This document shows positions 32,508-41,723 of a stretch of DNA of 64,000 bases, piece after piece. The stretch is from NCBI GenBank assembly GCA_045863235.1, contig BTUM01000008.1:59574-123573 (forward strand), read 5' to 3'. The DNA comes from Candidatus Xenobia bacterium. Lineage in GTDB: Bacteria; Vulcanimicrobiota; Xenobia; Xenobiales; QWHO01. A program made the position numbers and the translations under genes. How positions within the stretch are numbered: position 1 is the first letter of the stretch; each line of letters starts with the position of its first letter. Under the pieces are notes generated by a model. It was not told the origin of the DNA and did not search any database. It saw only the letters and a list, made by a program, of their open reading frames with translations.

Positions 32508-32537
32508 TTGAGAGCCATCCCTGGTGAATGCTATAAT
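32508..32537 (+). promoter_or_regulatory. putative sigma70 promoter
   Basis: TTGAGA (32508-32513), 18 bp, TGcTATAAT (-10 at 32532-32537), 9 nt before TTG 32547. Confidence 0.6.
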
Positions 32538-32546
32538 GGTTAGGTC

Positions 32547-34826
32547 TTGAAAAGCGAGTTCTTCATAGCCCGTCTCGAGCGGGCCCTGGTGGAGCGCCCC
32601 AACGACCCCTCGCTTCACTACGAATTCGGGCATTACTTTTTCAAGCAGGGCGAGTGGGTCCGCGCCCAACGATCGCTGGAGAAGGCGGCCACGCTCGATC
32701 CGCGCATGACCCGGGCCAGCTTCGAGCTGGGCATCTGTTACACGCGCCTGCGCAATTACGAATCGGCCATCCGCGAGTGGGAGAAGATGACCGACCACGA
32801 CCAGGACTTGAACCTGGACGACATCGACTACTCGCGCGGTCAAGACATCGCCGGGGCCCTGCAAGAGTGGGATCGCTATCGGGCGTCGGCACCCGACGAC
32901 ATCTTCAAGTTTTACTATCTGGGAATCGCGGCCCTGGTGCTTGGCCGGCCCCAGCAGGCTATGAGCGACTTCGACAAGGTGGTGGCCTTCAACCAGAATT
33001 TCAATCGGGTCCGCTACTATCGCGGCCGGGCGCAGCACCGGTTGGGCAAGTTCATGGAGGCGGGCCAGGAGTTCATGGCCCAACTCGAGTCGCGCCCTCG
33101 AGACTTCAACTCGCTCTACTTCGCCGGGGCCTGTCTGGTGGAGCTCGGGCGCACCCCCCAGGCCCTGCAGGCCTTCAACCGGGCCCTGCAAGAGCGACCG
33201 GTCTACGTCAAGCTGCATGTCAAAATGGGCACCGCCTACGCCAACATGATGCAATTCGACCAGGCCACCGAGTGCTTTCGCAAGGCCCTGAACGTACAGC
33301 CCAACCTGTTCCAGGCCCACTTCGAGCTGGCCCGTTGCCTGGAGAAGCAGTATCTCATGGACGAGGCGGTGGAGGCCTACGAGAAAGCCCTCGAGATCCG
33401 CCCCACTTACAAGGAAGCCGCTCTGAGCCTGGGCTTCTTGCTCAAGAACCTGGGCAAGCACGTGCAGGCTCTGCAGTATCTCAAGCGGGTCATCGAGCTC
33501 GACCCGAATGAAGCCGAGGCCTACTACCTGGCCGGGGTGATCTTGAGCGCCCTGAACCGCTATGCCGAAGCCGTGCCCCAGTATCAGAAGGCGCTCCGCA
33601 TCCAGCCTCGCCACTCCTACGCCCACTATGCGCTGGGCAAGGCACTTCTCAAGTGCGATCAGGTGGACGAAGCCATCGAGGCCTTCCGCCAGGCGCTCGA
33701 GCAGAACGAACGCGACAGCCAGTCGCGCACTGCTCTCGGCATGGCCTACTTCCAGAAAGGGCAACATGCCCTGGCCCGGCGTCAGTTCGAGAAGGTGGTC
33801 GAGGCCAATCCGCGCGACGCCGAGGCCCAGTACTTCCTCGGGGTGGTGCACTTCAAGCAGCACGCTTACGACCTGGCCATCGAGGCCTACCAGAACGCGG
33901 CCAACCTGCATCCCAACAGCGCGCTGCGCTACTTTACCCAGGGCGCCTTCCACTCTTACAACCGGCAATACGATCACGCCATCGAGGAATACAAGAAGGC
34001 GACCGAGCTCCGGCCCGACACCGAGGCCGACCTGCAGCTCTTCGCCGTGCTCCAGCTGCAGGCCACCGTGGGCTTGAACCTGGCCCAGCAGGGCCGCGAG
34101 CTGCAGAAATTTGCCCTGGCTCAGGAAGAGGTGTTCATCCGCTTCGTGCAGGCCATCTCCTCCGCCCTGGACGCCAAAGACCCCTATACCCGCTTCCACT
34201 CCAAGCAGGTCGCCTACATTGGCACCCGCCTGGCACAGCAGCTCGGGCTCCCCGACGACAAGCTCAAGGAGATCATGATCGGGGGCTGGCTGCACGACAT
34301 CGGCAAAATCGGCATTCGTGACGAGGTCTTGAATAAGGCCGGCAAGCTCACCGACGAGGAGCGCAAGCTGATCCAACGGCATCCCGAGATCGGGGCCGAG
34401 ATCCTCCGCCAGGTGTTCCCGGAAGAGGTTGAGGGCAAGGAGGTCATCTACCGGATCCCCTGGGACGTCATCCCCATGGTGCTGCATCACCACGAAAAAT
34501 GGGATGGCACAGGCTATCCGCATGGCCTGGCCGGGGAAGACATCCCATACACCGCTCAGATCATCGGGGTGGCCGACTTCTACGACGCACTCACCACGAA
34601 CCGACCTTACCGCAAGGCGCTGGCTCCCGGCGTGGCCATGAACGAGATGCGCCAGCTGGTGGGGAAATTCTTCAGCCCCGTGCTCATCGACGCCTTCGAG
34701 ACCATTCTCGACGAACTGGTGCTGGCCATGCCCCCGCCCGTCGAGCTCGACGCCGCAGGTGTGCCCAAACTCGGCGACGATGCTTGGGATGGCCTCACCC
34801 AGTCGTGGAATTTCGTTCTTAAATAA
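32547..34826 (+). CDS. TPR-repeat HD-GYP cyclic-dinucleotide phosphodiesterase
   Basis: Many TPR repeats (aa 1-~500); KDPYTRFHS, LHDIGK, HPEIG, HHHEKWDGTGYP, ADFYDAL, RPYR. Confidence 0.92.
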   Translation: MKSEFFIARLERALVERPNDPSLHYEFGHYFFKQGEWVRAQRSLEKAATLDPRMTRASFELGICYTRLRNYESAIREWEKMTDHDQDLNLDDIDYSRGQDIAGALQEWDRYRASAPDDIFKFYYLGIAALVLGRPQQAMSDFDKVVAFNQNFNRVRYYRGRAQHRLGKFMEAGQEFMAQLESRPRDFNSLYFAGACLVELGRTPQALQAFNRALQERPVYVKLHVKMGTAYANMMQFDQATECFRKALNVQPNLFQAHFELARCLEKQYLMDEAVEAYEKALEIRPTYKEAALSLGFLLKNLGKHVQALQYLKRVIELDPNEAEAYYLAGVILSALNRYAEAVPQYQKALRIQPRHSYAHYALGKALLKCDQVDEAIEAFRQALEQNERDSQSRTALGMAYFQKGQHALARRQFEKVVEANPRDAEAQYFLGVVHFKQHAYDLAIEAYQNAANLHPNSALRYFTQGAFHSYNRQYDHAIEEYKKATELRPDTEADLQLFAVLQLQATVGLNLAQQGRELQKFALAQEEVFIRFVQAISSALDAKDPYTRFHSKQVAYIGTRLAQQLGLPDDKLKEIMIGGWLHDIGKIGIRDEVLNKAGKLTDEERKLIQRHPEIGAEILRQVFPEEVEGKEVIYRIPWDVIPMVLHHHEKWDGTGYPHGLAGEDIPYTAQIIGVADFYDALTTNRPYRKALAPGVAMNEMRQLVGKFFSPVLIDAFETILDELVLAMPPPVELDAAGVPKLGDDAWDGLTQSWNFVLK

Positions 34827-34942
34827 AAGTTTATCGCCCCTACGCGGTGAACAGGCCCGTCCCTGCGGGGCAGGAACCCGGAGTGTCTCCGGGGAACTTA
34901 GGATTTTCACCGCTTTTGGAATAAATTTCAAGTCAGAACGCT

Positions 34943-36706
34943 TTGTTTGGGGTGATTGTGGTGTCCAATCGATCCGCTAAAATCCTGGCCCTTTTGTTGT
35001 GGTGCCTGACTTCACAGGCCTTTGGCCAGACTATCTACGACCGGATGATTTTTCAAAATCAGGAGCTGACCCCGGCCATATCCCAGCAAGGTCCTCGGGC
35101 CCTGGTCAACCTGCAAGACCCCATGGTGCGCCGCCTGGTCGACCTCTCCTCGGCCCGGCTGCACTGGTCCACCACCGGTCAGACGCTATTCGTCTATGCA
35201 CCGGGGCGCGAGAGCTTCTGGACCTTTAACTCGCCCACTGTCACGGTCAACGGACAAGAGATCACGGCACCCGGGCGTATGTTCGGCGACCAGGTCACCA
35301 CCATGATCGAGCCCGCCGCCCTGATCTACGCGCTCTGCTTGCGCGCCGTGCCATCCACTGCGGGTGGCCCCACCCAGCTCCTGCCCATGCTGCAGTCAGT
35401 CTCGATCTCCAAGGAAGCCTACCCGACCGTGACCATCCGGGCTTCGGCGCCACTCACTTACACCGTCGAGAAGCCGGAAGCCGGACTGGTGGTGCTCAAG
35501 TTCAGCGACCTGATCTGGGCCGGCGAGGGCCGCAACTTTTCCCAGGGAAGCCTGAAGGCCGAAGTGATCGGGGGCAGTCTCCCCGGAGAGCCGCTGGAAG
35601 TGCGCTTGCAGCTTCCCCCCGCGTGGGACGGGCAACTCAAGCCGGGCACCTTCAAGAACGAGCTGGCCATCACCACGGTCCCCAGCTCCCAGTTGGTGGG
35701 AGCCGGTCCTCCGGTAGGCCTGCAGCGCATCGACTACCGACGGGTGGACGGGGACGATCTGGTCATTTTCTACGCTGAGGATCCGGTTCGCTTCAGCTGG
35801 GAGTTCGACCCCACCAGCCGCGTGCTGATCATGGAGTTCCCCGGTGTCACGATGGACGCTCCCCCGAATCCCCTGGAGGCTCCCGGCGCACCCCTGTCGG
35901 CCGGACGCTTCGAGCAACTCGACGCGGACGGCATCCCGGTGCTGCGCTTCACCGGCCAGGTAGCCCCCGGCTATGCCTATGAGTTCTTCGAGATCGAGAA
36001 CGCGCGCGGGTCGCTGGTGCTGCGACTGGCACCCGAAACCAGCCTGACACGGCTGGAAAACAAAGGAACTGCCGCGACCCGGGGCTACGTGGCCGCGGGT
36101 GGCCGCGGGGTGGTGGTCATCGACGCCGGTCATGGCGGCGGCGACCCGGGCTGCTACAGCCGCCACCACGGGGTCTACGAGAAGGACATCACCCTGGACA
36201 TCGCCCGCCGGCTCAAGACCGTGCTCGAGCGTCAGGGCTGGAAAGTGCTGATGACCCGCGAGACCGACCGAGACGTGACCTACGCCGGCTCGCCCGACAA
36301 GATGGAGCTGCAGGCTCGCTGCGATGTGGCCAACGACGTGGGTGCGGACCTCTTCATCAGCATCCACTGCAATGCCAGCGCCAGTGGCCAGGGGAACGGC
36401 ACCTCCATCCACTGGTACAAAGAAGAAGACTACGAATTCGCTCGCAACCTCGAGCCCATGCTGGGCGAGGCCATCGGGGTGGGCAACCAGGGGCTGCGAC
36501 GCGACTCGTTCTACGTGCTGCGCCACACCAGCATGCCGGCCGTGCTGGTGGAGACCGCCTACTTGAGTCATCCACACGATTCCTCGCGGCTGGTCCAGCC
36601 GCAGGTGCGTCAGTTGATCGCCGAGCGTCTGGCCGGAGGACTGGTGCAGTTCATGAGCGGTCGCTACGCTCGGGCCGGCAATTACCGCCAGCAGCCGATG
36701 CGCTGA
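34943..36706 (+). CDS. N-acetylmuramoyl-L-alanine amidase (Amidase_3), secreted
   Basis: Signal peptide; IDAGHGG, EKDITL, TRETD, SIHCNA, PAVLVE Zn/catalytic motifs; start may be GTG 34961. Confidence 0.92.
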   Translation: MFGVIVVSNRSAKILALLLWCLTSQAFGQTIYDRMIFQNQELTPAISQQGPRALVNLQDPMVRRLVDLSSARLHWSTTGQTLFVYAPGRESFWTFNSPTVTVNGQEITAPGRMFGDQVTTMIEPAALIYALCLRAVPSTAGGPTQLLPMLQSVSISKEAYPTVTIRASAPLTYTVEKPEAGLVVLKFSDLIWAGEGRNFSQGSLKAEVIGGSLPGEPLEVRLQLPPAWDGQLKPGTFKNELAITTVPSSQLVGAGPPVGLQRIDYRRVDGDDLVIFYAEDPVRFSWEFDPTSRVLIMEFPGVTMDAPPNPLEAPGAPLSAGRFEQLDADGIPVLRFTGQVAPGYAYEFFEIENARGSLVLRLAPETSLTRLENKGTAATRGYVAAGGRGVVVIDAGHGGGDPGCYSRHHGVYEKDITLDIARRLKTVLERQGWKVLMTRETDRDVTYAGSPDKMELQARCDVANDVGADLFISIHCNASASGQGNGTSIHWYKEEDYEFARNLEPMLGEAIGVGNQGLRRDSFYVLRHTSMPAVLVETAYLSHPHDSSRLVQPQVRQLIAERLAGGLVQFMSGRYARAGNYRQQPMR

Positions 36707-36713
36707 AGGCTGG

Positions 36714-36777
36714 CGATGTTACCACGATGTAACCGGATGGACACGCCCTAGACGGGAAAAACCCGGTGCGGTATAGG
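36714..36777 (+). promoter_or_regulatory. putative promoter with upstream 11-bp-period direct repeat
   Basis: CGATGTTACC (36714-36723) and CGATGTAACC (36725-36734); TAGACG (36749-36754), 17 bp, TATAGG (36772-36777). Confidence 0.45.
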
Positions 36778-36822
36778 AAGGCAAGACAGAGAAGACAAGA
36801 CGTTGTTGAGGAGGATATCGAG

Positions 36823-37449
36823 ATGGGTGGTGTAGGACGCGCCATTGGACGAGTCGTCGGGGGAGTGGCCCGGGCCGTAGGCGGAGTGGTCAAAGGGGTC
36901 GTCAACATCGCGACCGCCCCCCTCAAACTGGTTGGCAACATTGCCAAAGGCATCCTGGGCAACCCAATGCTGGCTGGATTGCTTGGTACCGTCGGTGGCG
37001 GCCTGCTCGGCTTCGCCCTGGGCGGACCCATCGGGGCGATGCTGGGTGCAGGCCTGGGCGGACAGCTCGGCTCGGGCGCCAGCATGATGTTCATGCAGCA
37101 TCAGGCCGCTCAGCAGCAGCAGGCCTTCATGCAGCAGATGATGATGCAGAACAATCAGCAGTTCGGCATGACCAACGCGATGATGCCCCAGTTCGGGATG
37201 CCGATGACCCAGATGCCCATGCTGCCCGGCCAGTACGGCCCTCCGTACGGGATGCCTCAAATGGGGATGCCGATGGGGATGCCGGGCCAGATGGACCCGC
37301 AGATGATCTTCATGATGGGGTTCATGATGGGCCAGATGTCCGCCCAGCAGGGCCAGCAGCACTGTTGCGGGCAGCCCCCTCAGTGCCCGCCGCCTCGCCC
37401 GCCGATCCCGCCCTGTCACTGCCACGGGCCCCGTCAGTTCCTCTGCTGA
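36823..37449 (+). CDS. glycine-zipper / Met-Gln-Pro-rich low-complexity protein
   Basis: Strong GAGGAGG SD before ATG 36823; biased codon use; amphipathic N-terminus, GxxxG zipper, MQP region, Cys/His/Pro C-terminus. Confidence 0.8.
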   Translation: MGGVGRAIGRVVGGVARAVGGVVKGVVNIATAPLKLVGNIAKGILGNPMLAGLLGTVGGGLLGFALGGPIGAMLGAGLGGQLGSGASMMFMQHQAAQQQQAFMQQMMMQNNQQFGMTNAMMPQFGMPMTQMPMLPGQYGPPYGMPQMGMPMGMPGQMDPQMIFMMGFMMGQMSAQQGQQHCCGQPPQCPPPRPPIPPCHCHGPRQFLC

Positions 37450-37510
37450 GGGAAACCGGTCGTCAGGTCGCGAAATGGACGGGCAAGCCCCGTCCTTTTT
37501 GTCTGTACGG

Positions 37511-38335
37511 ATGGATTACAGCGACTACGCCGCCATTTACGACGCCGAGTATGCTGGCTACGACGATGACGTAGCCTTCTATCTCGAGTGGGCCCAAAAG
37601 GCCCATCCCCCGGCTCTCGAGCTGGGCTGTGGGACCGGGCGCATCTTGCTGCCCCTGGCCGACAATGGGGTCGAGATGTGGGGCCTGGACAGTTGCTCGG
37701 CCATGCTCGAGCGAGCCCGGGCCAAGCTGAGCTCCCGACCGCTCGAAACCCGCCAGCGGGTGACCCTGGTCGAGCAGGACATGACCTCCTTCCGGCTCAA
37801 CCGCAAGTTCGGGCTCATCTACCTGCCGTTCCGCGAGTTCATGCACCTGACCCGGGTGGACCAGCAGCTTGCATGTCTGCACGCCATCAGGCGGCACCTG
37901 CGCAGCGATGGACGCCTGCTGATCAACGTCTACGACGTGGACCTGGTCACCCTGGTGCACAGCCGCCAGGCGGCCGACCCGGTGCTCTACCGCCAGCCTG
38001 GAGGGGATTACTTGGATGAGCAAGGCCGCCAGGTGTTGCTCAGTTCGGCCTCGCGCTACGATCCCGAGCAGCAGTGCCTGTTCGAGGAGCGCTTCTACGA
38101 AACCATCGGCCCCGGAGGCCAGATCCTGGAACGGCGCTTCGTGCGCCTCAGCCAGCGATGGTTCTTCCGCTGGGAGATGGTTCACCTGCTCTCTCGCAGT
38201 GGCTTCAAGGTGGAGCAGTTGCTGGGGGGCTACTTCGGCGAGCGCTACAGCGGGCTGGGCCAGGAGATGATCTTCGTGGCCCGCCTGCGCCCCCGCCGGA
38301 ACTGGAGCAGCGTCGGCTCGACGGTGCGTTCTTAA
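37511..38335 (+). CDS. class I SAM-dependent methyltransferase
   Basis: YD..Y..DD..FY, LELGCGTGR, GLDSC..ML, QDMTSF, HL..DG.L. Confidence 0.9.
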   Translation: MDYSDYAAIYDAEYAGYDDDVAFYLEWAQKAHPPALELGCGTGRILLPLADNGVEMWGLDSCSAMLERARAKLSSRPLETRQRVTLVEQDMTSFRLNRKFGLIYLPFREFMHLTRVDQQLACLHAIRRHLRSDGRLLINVYDVDLVTLVHSRQAADPVLYRQPGGDYLDEQGRQVLLSSASRYDPEQQCLFEERFYETIGPGGQILERRFVRLSQRWFFRWEMVHLLSRSGFKVEQLLGGYFGERYSGLGQEMIFVARLRPRRNWSSVGSTVRS

Positions 38336-38361
38336 AGTCCGGGGCGAGCCGGTCTTGCACT

Positions 38362-38871
38362 TTAGCTTCGCGCCGCCAACTGAGCCAGATGAAACAGCAC
38401 CAGCAGGCTGTCCACGCTGCGCGCGGCATCCTCCGGGCCAAAGCTGCCCACCTCCCAGGTCTTGCTCACTTCCAGGCCCGAACGACCGCCGGTCAACTCG
38501 ATGAAGGGCTCCAGGCCAGCGATCGCCGGCAGGGAGTCGCTGGTGAAGAGGGGGAAGGTGGGCGGGTGCAGTTGCACCAGATAGTTTTCGTCGAACTGGG
38601 CAAAGCCCGTCTTGACCTCGCGCGATTGGCCCACCTCATCCAGAATGCGGGTGACGGTGCTTTCGGGCGAGAGGCTGAGCTGGAACGGCTGGGGCACGGG
38701 CACCCGCAAGATGGCCTTGCCGCCCACGTCCAGATCAAACTGCACAGGCACGCCGTCGAACGAGCACTCCATCGAGACGCCTGGAGCCTCGGTGGCCCGC
38801 GATTTGATGTTCTGGTAGCCTCTCTGCTGCAGGGCCTCCTGCAGTTGAATTGCGAACTCCTCGGTTTTCAT
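38362..38871 (-). CDS. hypothetical protein
   Basis: GGAGG SD, ATG 38871 overlapping the upstream hydrolase stop; contains E.KTG..QFD..Y. Confidence 0.7.
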   Translation of the reverse strand: MKTEEFAIQLQEALQQRGYQNIKSRATEAPGVSMECSFDGVPVQFDLDVGGKAILRVPVPQPFQLSLSPESTVTRILDEVGQSREVKTGFAQFDENYLVQLHPPTFPLFTSDSLPAIAGLEPFIELTGGRSGLEVSKTWEVGSFGPEDAARSVDSLLVLFHLAQLAARS

Positions 38872-39638
38872 GCGGCCTCCCAGCGGCTGATGACATCCAG
38901 GTCTTCCGGGGTCAGGTCTTCTCGACCCTGCAGACAATTCATCCAGAATCGACGGGTCAAGCGGGCGATGGAAGGCAGCCAGCGCTCGAGCCGCATCCCC
39001 AGCCCGGCGAACGTAAGGTGCTCGGCCTCCTCGAAAACGGCCAGATAGCGAGGTCTAGCCCGCAGTCTGGGAAAAATCTCCAAACGCTGCTCGTAGGTCC
39101 TGGTGGCGGTGAGCGAGTGGTCACGGGTACCGGTGAGCATGAGGGTGGGCGCCTGGAGAGCCACCAAGGCCTCATCGCTGAGGCTGCCCGGGAAGGGGGG
39201 AGACATGAGCAGCAGGCCCTCACAGCCCTCCTGAGCAGCCAGGGCGGCCACCGTGGCCGACCCATAGGAGTGCCCGGCCAATCCGACCGGCGCCCCGGCC
39301 AGCTCGGGGTGAAGCGCCAGCAGTTGACCCCGAGCAAAGCGTAGATCCTCCACCCGATGACGGAACTCCTGGTGGTCTTGCTCCACCAGATGTTCGATCC
39401 GGGCGGCAAAGTCGCGCCCCACCTCGGACTTGAGTCGGGCCAGAGCCTCGTGGTTGCTGCCGACGTGCTCCACCACGGCCACCGCCATCCCCTGCTCGGC
39501 CCAGTCCCGGGCCAGGTAGGCATAGCCGTTGCACGCGCCGCCATAGCCGGGAGAGAACAGCACCAGCGGGCCGCGTGCGGGATAGAGGCAGACGGGCACC
39601 TTGCGTCCCCGGGCCTGGTCGTGGAGATCGAGTGTCAA
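38868..39638 (-). CDS. alpha/beta hydrolase
   Basis: LFSPGYGG, nucleophile elbow GHSYG, TGTRD, AEH. Confidence 0.88.
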   Translation of the reverse strand: MTLDLHDQARGRKVPVCLYPARGPLVLFSPGYGGACNGYAYLARDWAEQGMAVAVVEHVGSNHEALARLKSEVGRDFAARIEHLVEQDHQEFRHRVEDLRFARGQLLALHPELAGAPVGLAGHSYGSATVAALAAQEGCEGLLLMSPPFPGSLSDEALVALQAPTLMLTGTRDHSLTATRTYEQRLEIFPRLRARPRYLAVFEEAEHLTFAGLGMRLERWLPSIARLTRRFWMNCLQGREDLTPEDLDVISRWEAA

Positions 39639-39732
39639 AGCCAGGTCGCGCTCTTTCGTGGCCCGGTCGCGAGGACCCTACCGGACGGGGCCGAAGGCCA
39701 AGCCTTCAGCAACCGAAACAGAGGAGGTCGCC

Positions 39733-40002
39733 ATGGCCAAGCGTGCCGAGCCCGAAGAACACGAATACGAGGAAGACAGCGAGGAAGCTTTCAAAAAGGC
39801 CGACCGGGCTCTTCAGAAGTACCTCAAGTCGCTCGAAAAGGGCGATGCCGACAAGCCGGTGAGCGTGCGCCAATTCGCCCAGGGGATGTCCCTGCTCTAC
39901 AAGGCCCAGAGCGCCACCATGCTGCTGGTTCTCGACGAGATGGCCAGCATGCTGCAAGATTTCCTGGAAAGTCTGCACGACGAGCCGGACGAAGAGGACT
40001 GA
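39733..40002 (+). CDS. small acidic hypothetical protein
   Basis: GAGGAGG SD before ATG 39733; 89 aa with acidic termini. Confidence 0.7.
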   Translation: MAKRAEPEEHEYEEDSEEAFKKADRALQKYLKSLEKGDADKPVSVRQFAQGMSLLYKAQSATMLLVLDEMASMLQDFLESLHDEPDEED

Positions 40003-40005
40003 CCC

Positions 40006-40743
40006 TCAGCGCTTGAGGTTGCTCTCGAAGAAGGACCAGATGGCCGCCCAGGCCGCCTGGGCCTGAGTCTTGTCGTAGCCGGCCTGGTTGTTGGGGTTCA
40101 TGAAGGCGTGACCCACTTTGGGGAAGACCACAATTTTGTGCTGCTTACCCGCCTCGCTGAGGGCCTTCTCGAAAGCCTTCACAGTATCCAGGGGAATGCC
40201 CCGGTCGGTCTCGCCAAAGATGCCCAGAACAGGCCCTTGCAGGCTCTTCACCCCATCGGCACGCGTCTTGACCTGACCGTAGGCCACCACCGTGGCCTGC
40301 AGGGGCTTGTGCAGAGCCAGCTCCAGGGCGTACCCGCCGCCCATGCACCAGCCGATGCAACCGATCCGGTCCTTCCTGACGTCCTTGCGACCCTTGAGAT
40401 AAGCCAGCACGGCCTCCAGGTCGGACAGGGCGCGATCGGCCGGCAAACCGCGCGAGAGCTCGTGGGCCAGGTCGCGATCACCGGTCACCTTGCCCCGATA
40501 CAGGTCGACGGCCAGGGCCACGTAACCCTTGCGAGCACACGCGTCGGCCTGCTCCCTGGTCCAGTCGTTGAGACCCCACCATTCGTGAATCAGGATCACG
40601 GCCGGAAAGGGCCCCTTGCCCGTGGGCAGAGCCAGGTAGCCGCTCACCGTTTCGTCGCCCGCTTTGAACTGCACCATCTCGCCGCCGGGGGCGGCCAGCG
40701 CCAGCCCGGTCAAGAACAAAAGGCAGATTGCCCATCTCGTCAT
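40006..40743 (-). CDS. dienelactone hydrolase family protein, signal peptide
   Basis: IHEWWGLN, GWCMGG (Cys nucleophile), GETD, GHAF; GGAGG SD. Confidence 0.92.
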   Translation of the reverse strand: MTRWAICLLFLTGLALAAPGGEMVQFKAGDETVSGYLALPTGKGPFPAVILIHEWWGLNDWTREQADACARKGYVALAVDLYRGKVTGDRDLAHELSRGLPADRALSDLEAVLAYLKGRKDVRKDRIGCIGWCMGGGYALELALHKPLQATVVAYGQVKTRADGVKSLQGPVLGIFGETDRGIPLDTVKAFEKALSEAGKQHKIVVFPKVGHAFMNPNNQAGYDKTQAQAAWAAIWSFFESNLKR

Positions 40744-40744
40744 G

Positions 40745-41647
40745 TCAAGTCCTCCGCATTCTCTGCTCCAGCTCCTCCAGGGTGCGGGGCCAATCCTGGC
40801 GTAACAGACGCGACAGAGATCGGTCGGCCAGCAGCTTGCCCTGAGTCTGGCAGGTTGGGCAGTAGTTGGTCTCGTTCTCGGCGTAGCGAATGCGCTGCAC
40901 CGGCGTGCCGCAATCGGGGCAGGGCAACCGGTAGCGACCGTGCACTGCCATGTCCTCACGAAACGCGGTCACCTTCTCGGGGAACCCCTCCTTCGCCTCG
41001 CGCCGCAGCTTCTCCACCCATTCGCTCAGGGTGGCCCGGGTGGCCTGATAGAGCCGCTCCACCTCCTCGGCGGTCAGCTTCTGAGTGAGCTTCACCGGCG
41101 ACAGCCGGGCCCGATGCAGAATCTCGTCGGAGTAAGCGTTGCCGATGCCCGAGAAGAGGTGGGGGTCGGTAAGGCTGCGCTTGAGAGTGTGGTTCTCACG
41201 CTGCAGCGTGGCCCGGAAGGCGGCAAGGTTCGCCTCCAGCACCTCCAGGCCGCCCGGATCGAACGCTGCCAGCTGCTCTCGGCCGCGCACCAGGTGCAGG
41301 GAAGCGCGCCTCCTGGTGCCAGCCTCGGTCAGGTAGAGGAGCCCGGTGGAGAAGGTGAAGATGGCCATCGGCCTGAGGGCCGGACCCTTCTGGCTGGCCT
41401 GTCGCCAGCGCAGGCGGCCTGCGATCATGAGGTGCAACACGCTGAACAGCTCGCCCTCGAACTCAAAGACCAGGCGCTTTCCCAGACGGGCGAAACCCAC
41501 CACTCTGCGCCCGATCAACTCGGACACGGGCGGCTCCACGCTGCGCAGCAGAAAGGGGCTGCCCAGTTCGAGATTCTCCAGCACCGCGCCACCGATTCGC
41601 TCTTCGAGTGCCTCCAGGTAGACGACCACGTCGGGTAGCTCCGGCAT
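40745..41647 (-). CDS. Fpg/Nei-family DNA glycosylase
   Basis: N-terminal PELPDV, RLGK, HLMIAG, GIGNAYSDEIL (H2TH), CPDC..CPTCQ zinc finger. Confidence 0.93.
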   Translation of the reverse strand: MPELPDVVVYLEALEERIGGAVLENLELGSPFLLRSVEPPVSELIGRRVVGFARLGKRLVFEFEGELFSVLHLMIAGRLRWRQASQKGPALRPMAIFTFSTGLLYLTEAGTRRRASLHLVRGREQLAAFDPGGLEVLEANLAAFRATLQRENHTLKRSLTDPHLFSGIGNAYSDEILHRARLSPVKLTQKLTAEEVERLYQATRATLSEWVEKLRREAKEGFPEKVTAFREDMAVHGRYRLPCPDCGTPVQRIRYAENETNYCPTCQTQGKLLADRSLSRLLRQDWPRTLEELEQRMRRT

Positions 41648-41723
41648 TTCACTGGCTTGCGATTCGGCTCGCCCGGTTCCTCCTCGGAGTAACTCGAGGC
41701 CTGGACGCCGAATCTACCCTCCA

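Noticed and set aside
32400-34931. 843-aa antisense ORF and other long shadow ORFs (e.g. 21458-23044, 23601-24932, 48414-49772)
   Set aside because: They lie opposite well-supported genes; high GC3 bias suppresses antisense stops; no motifs.
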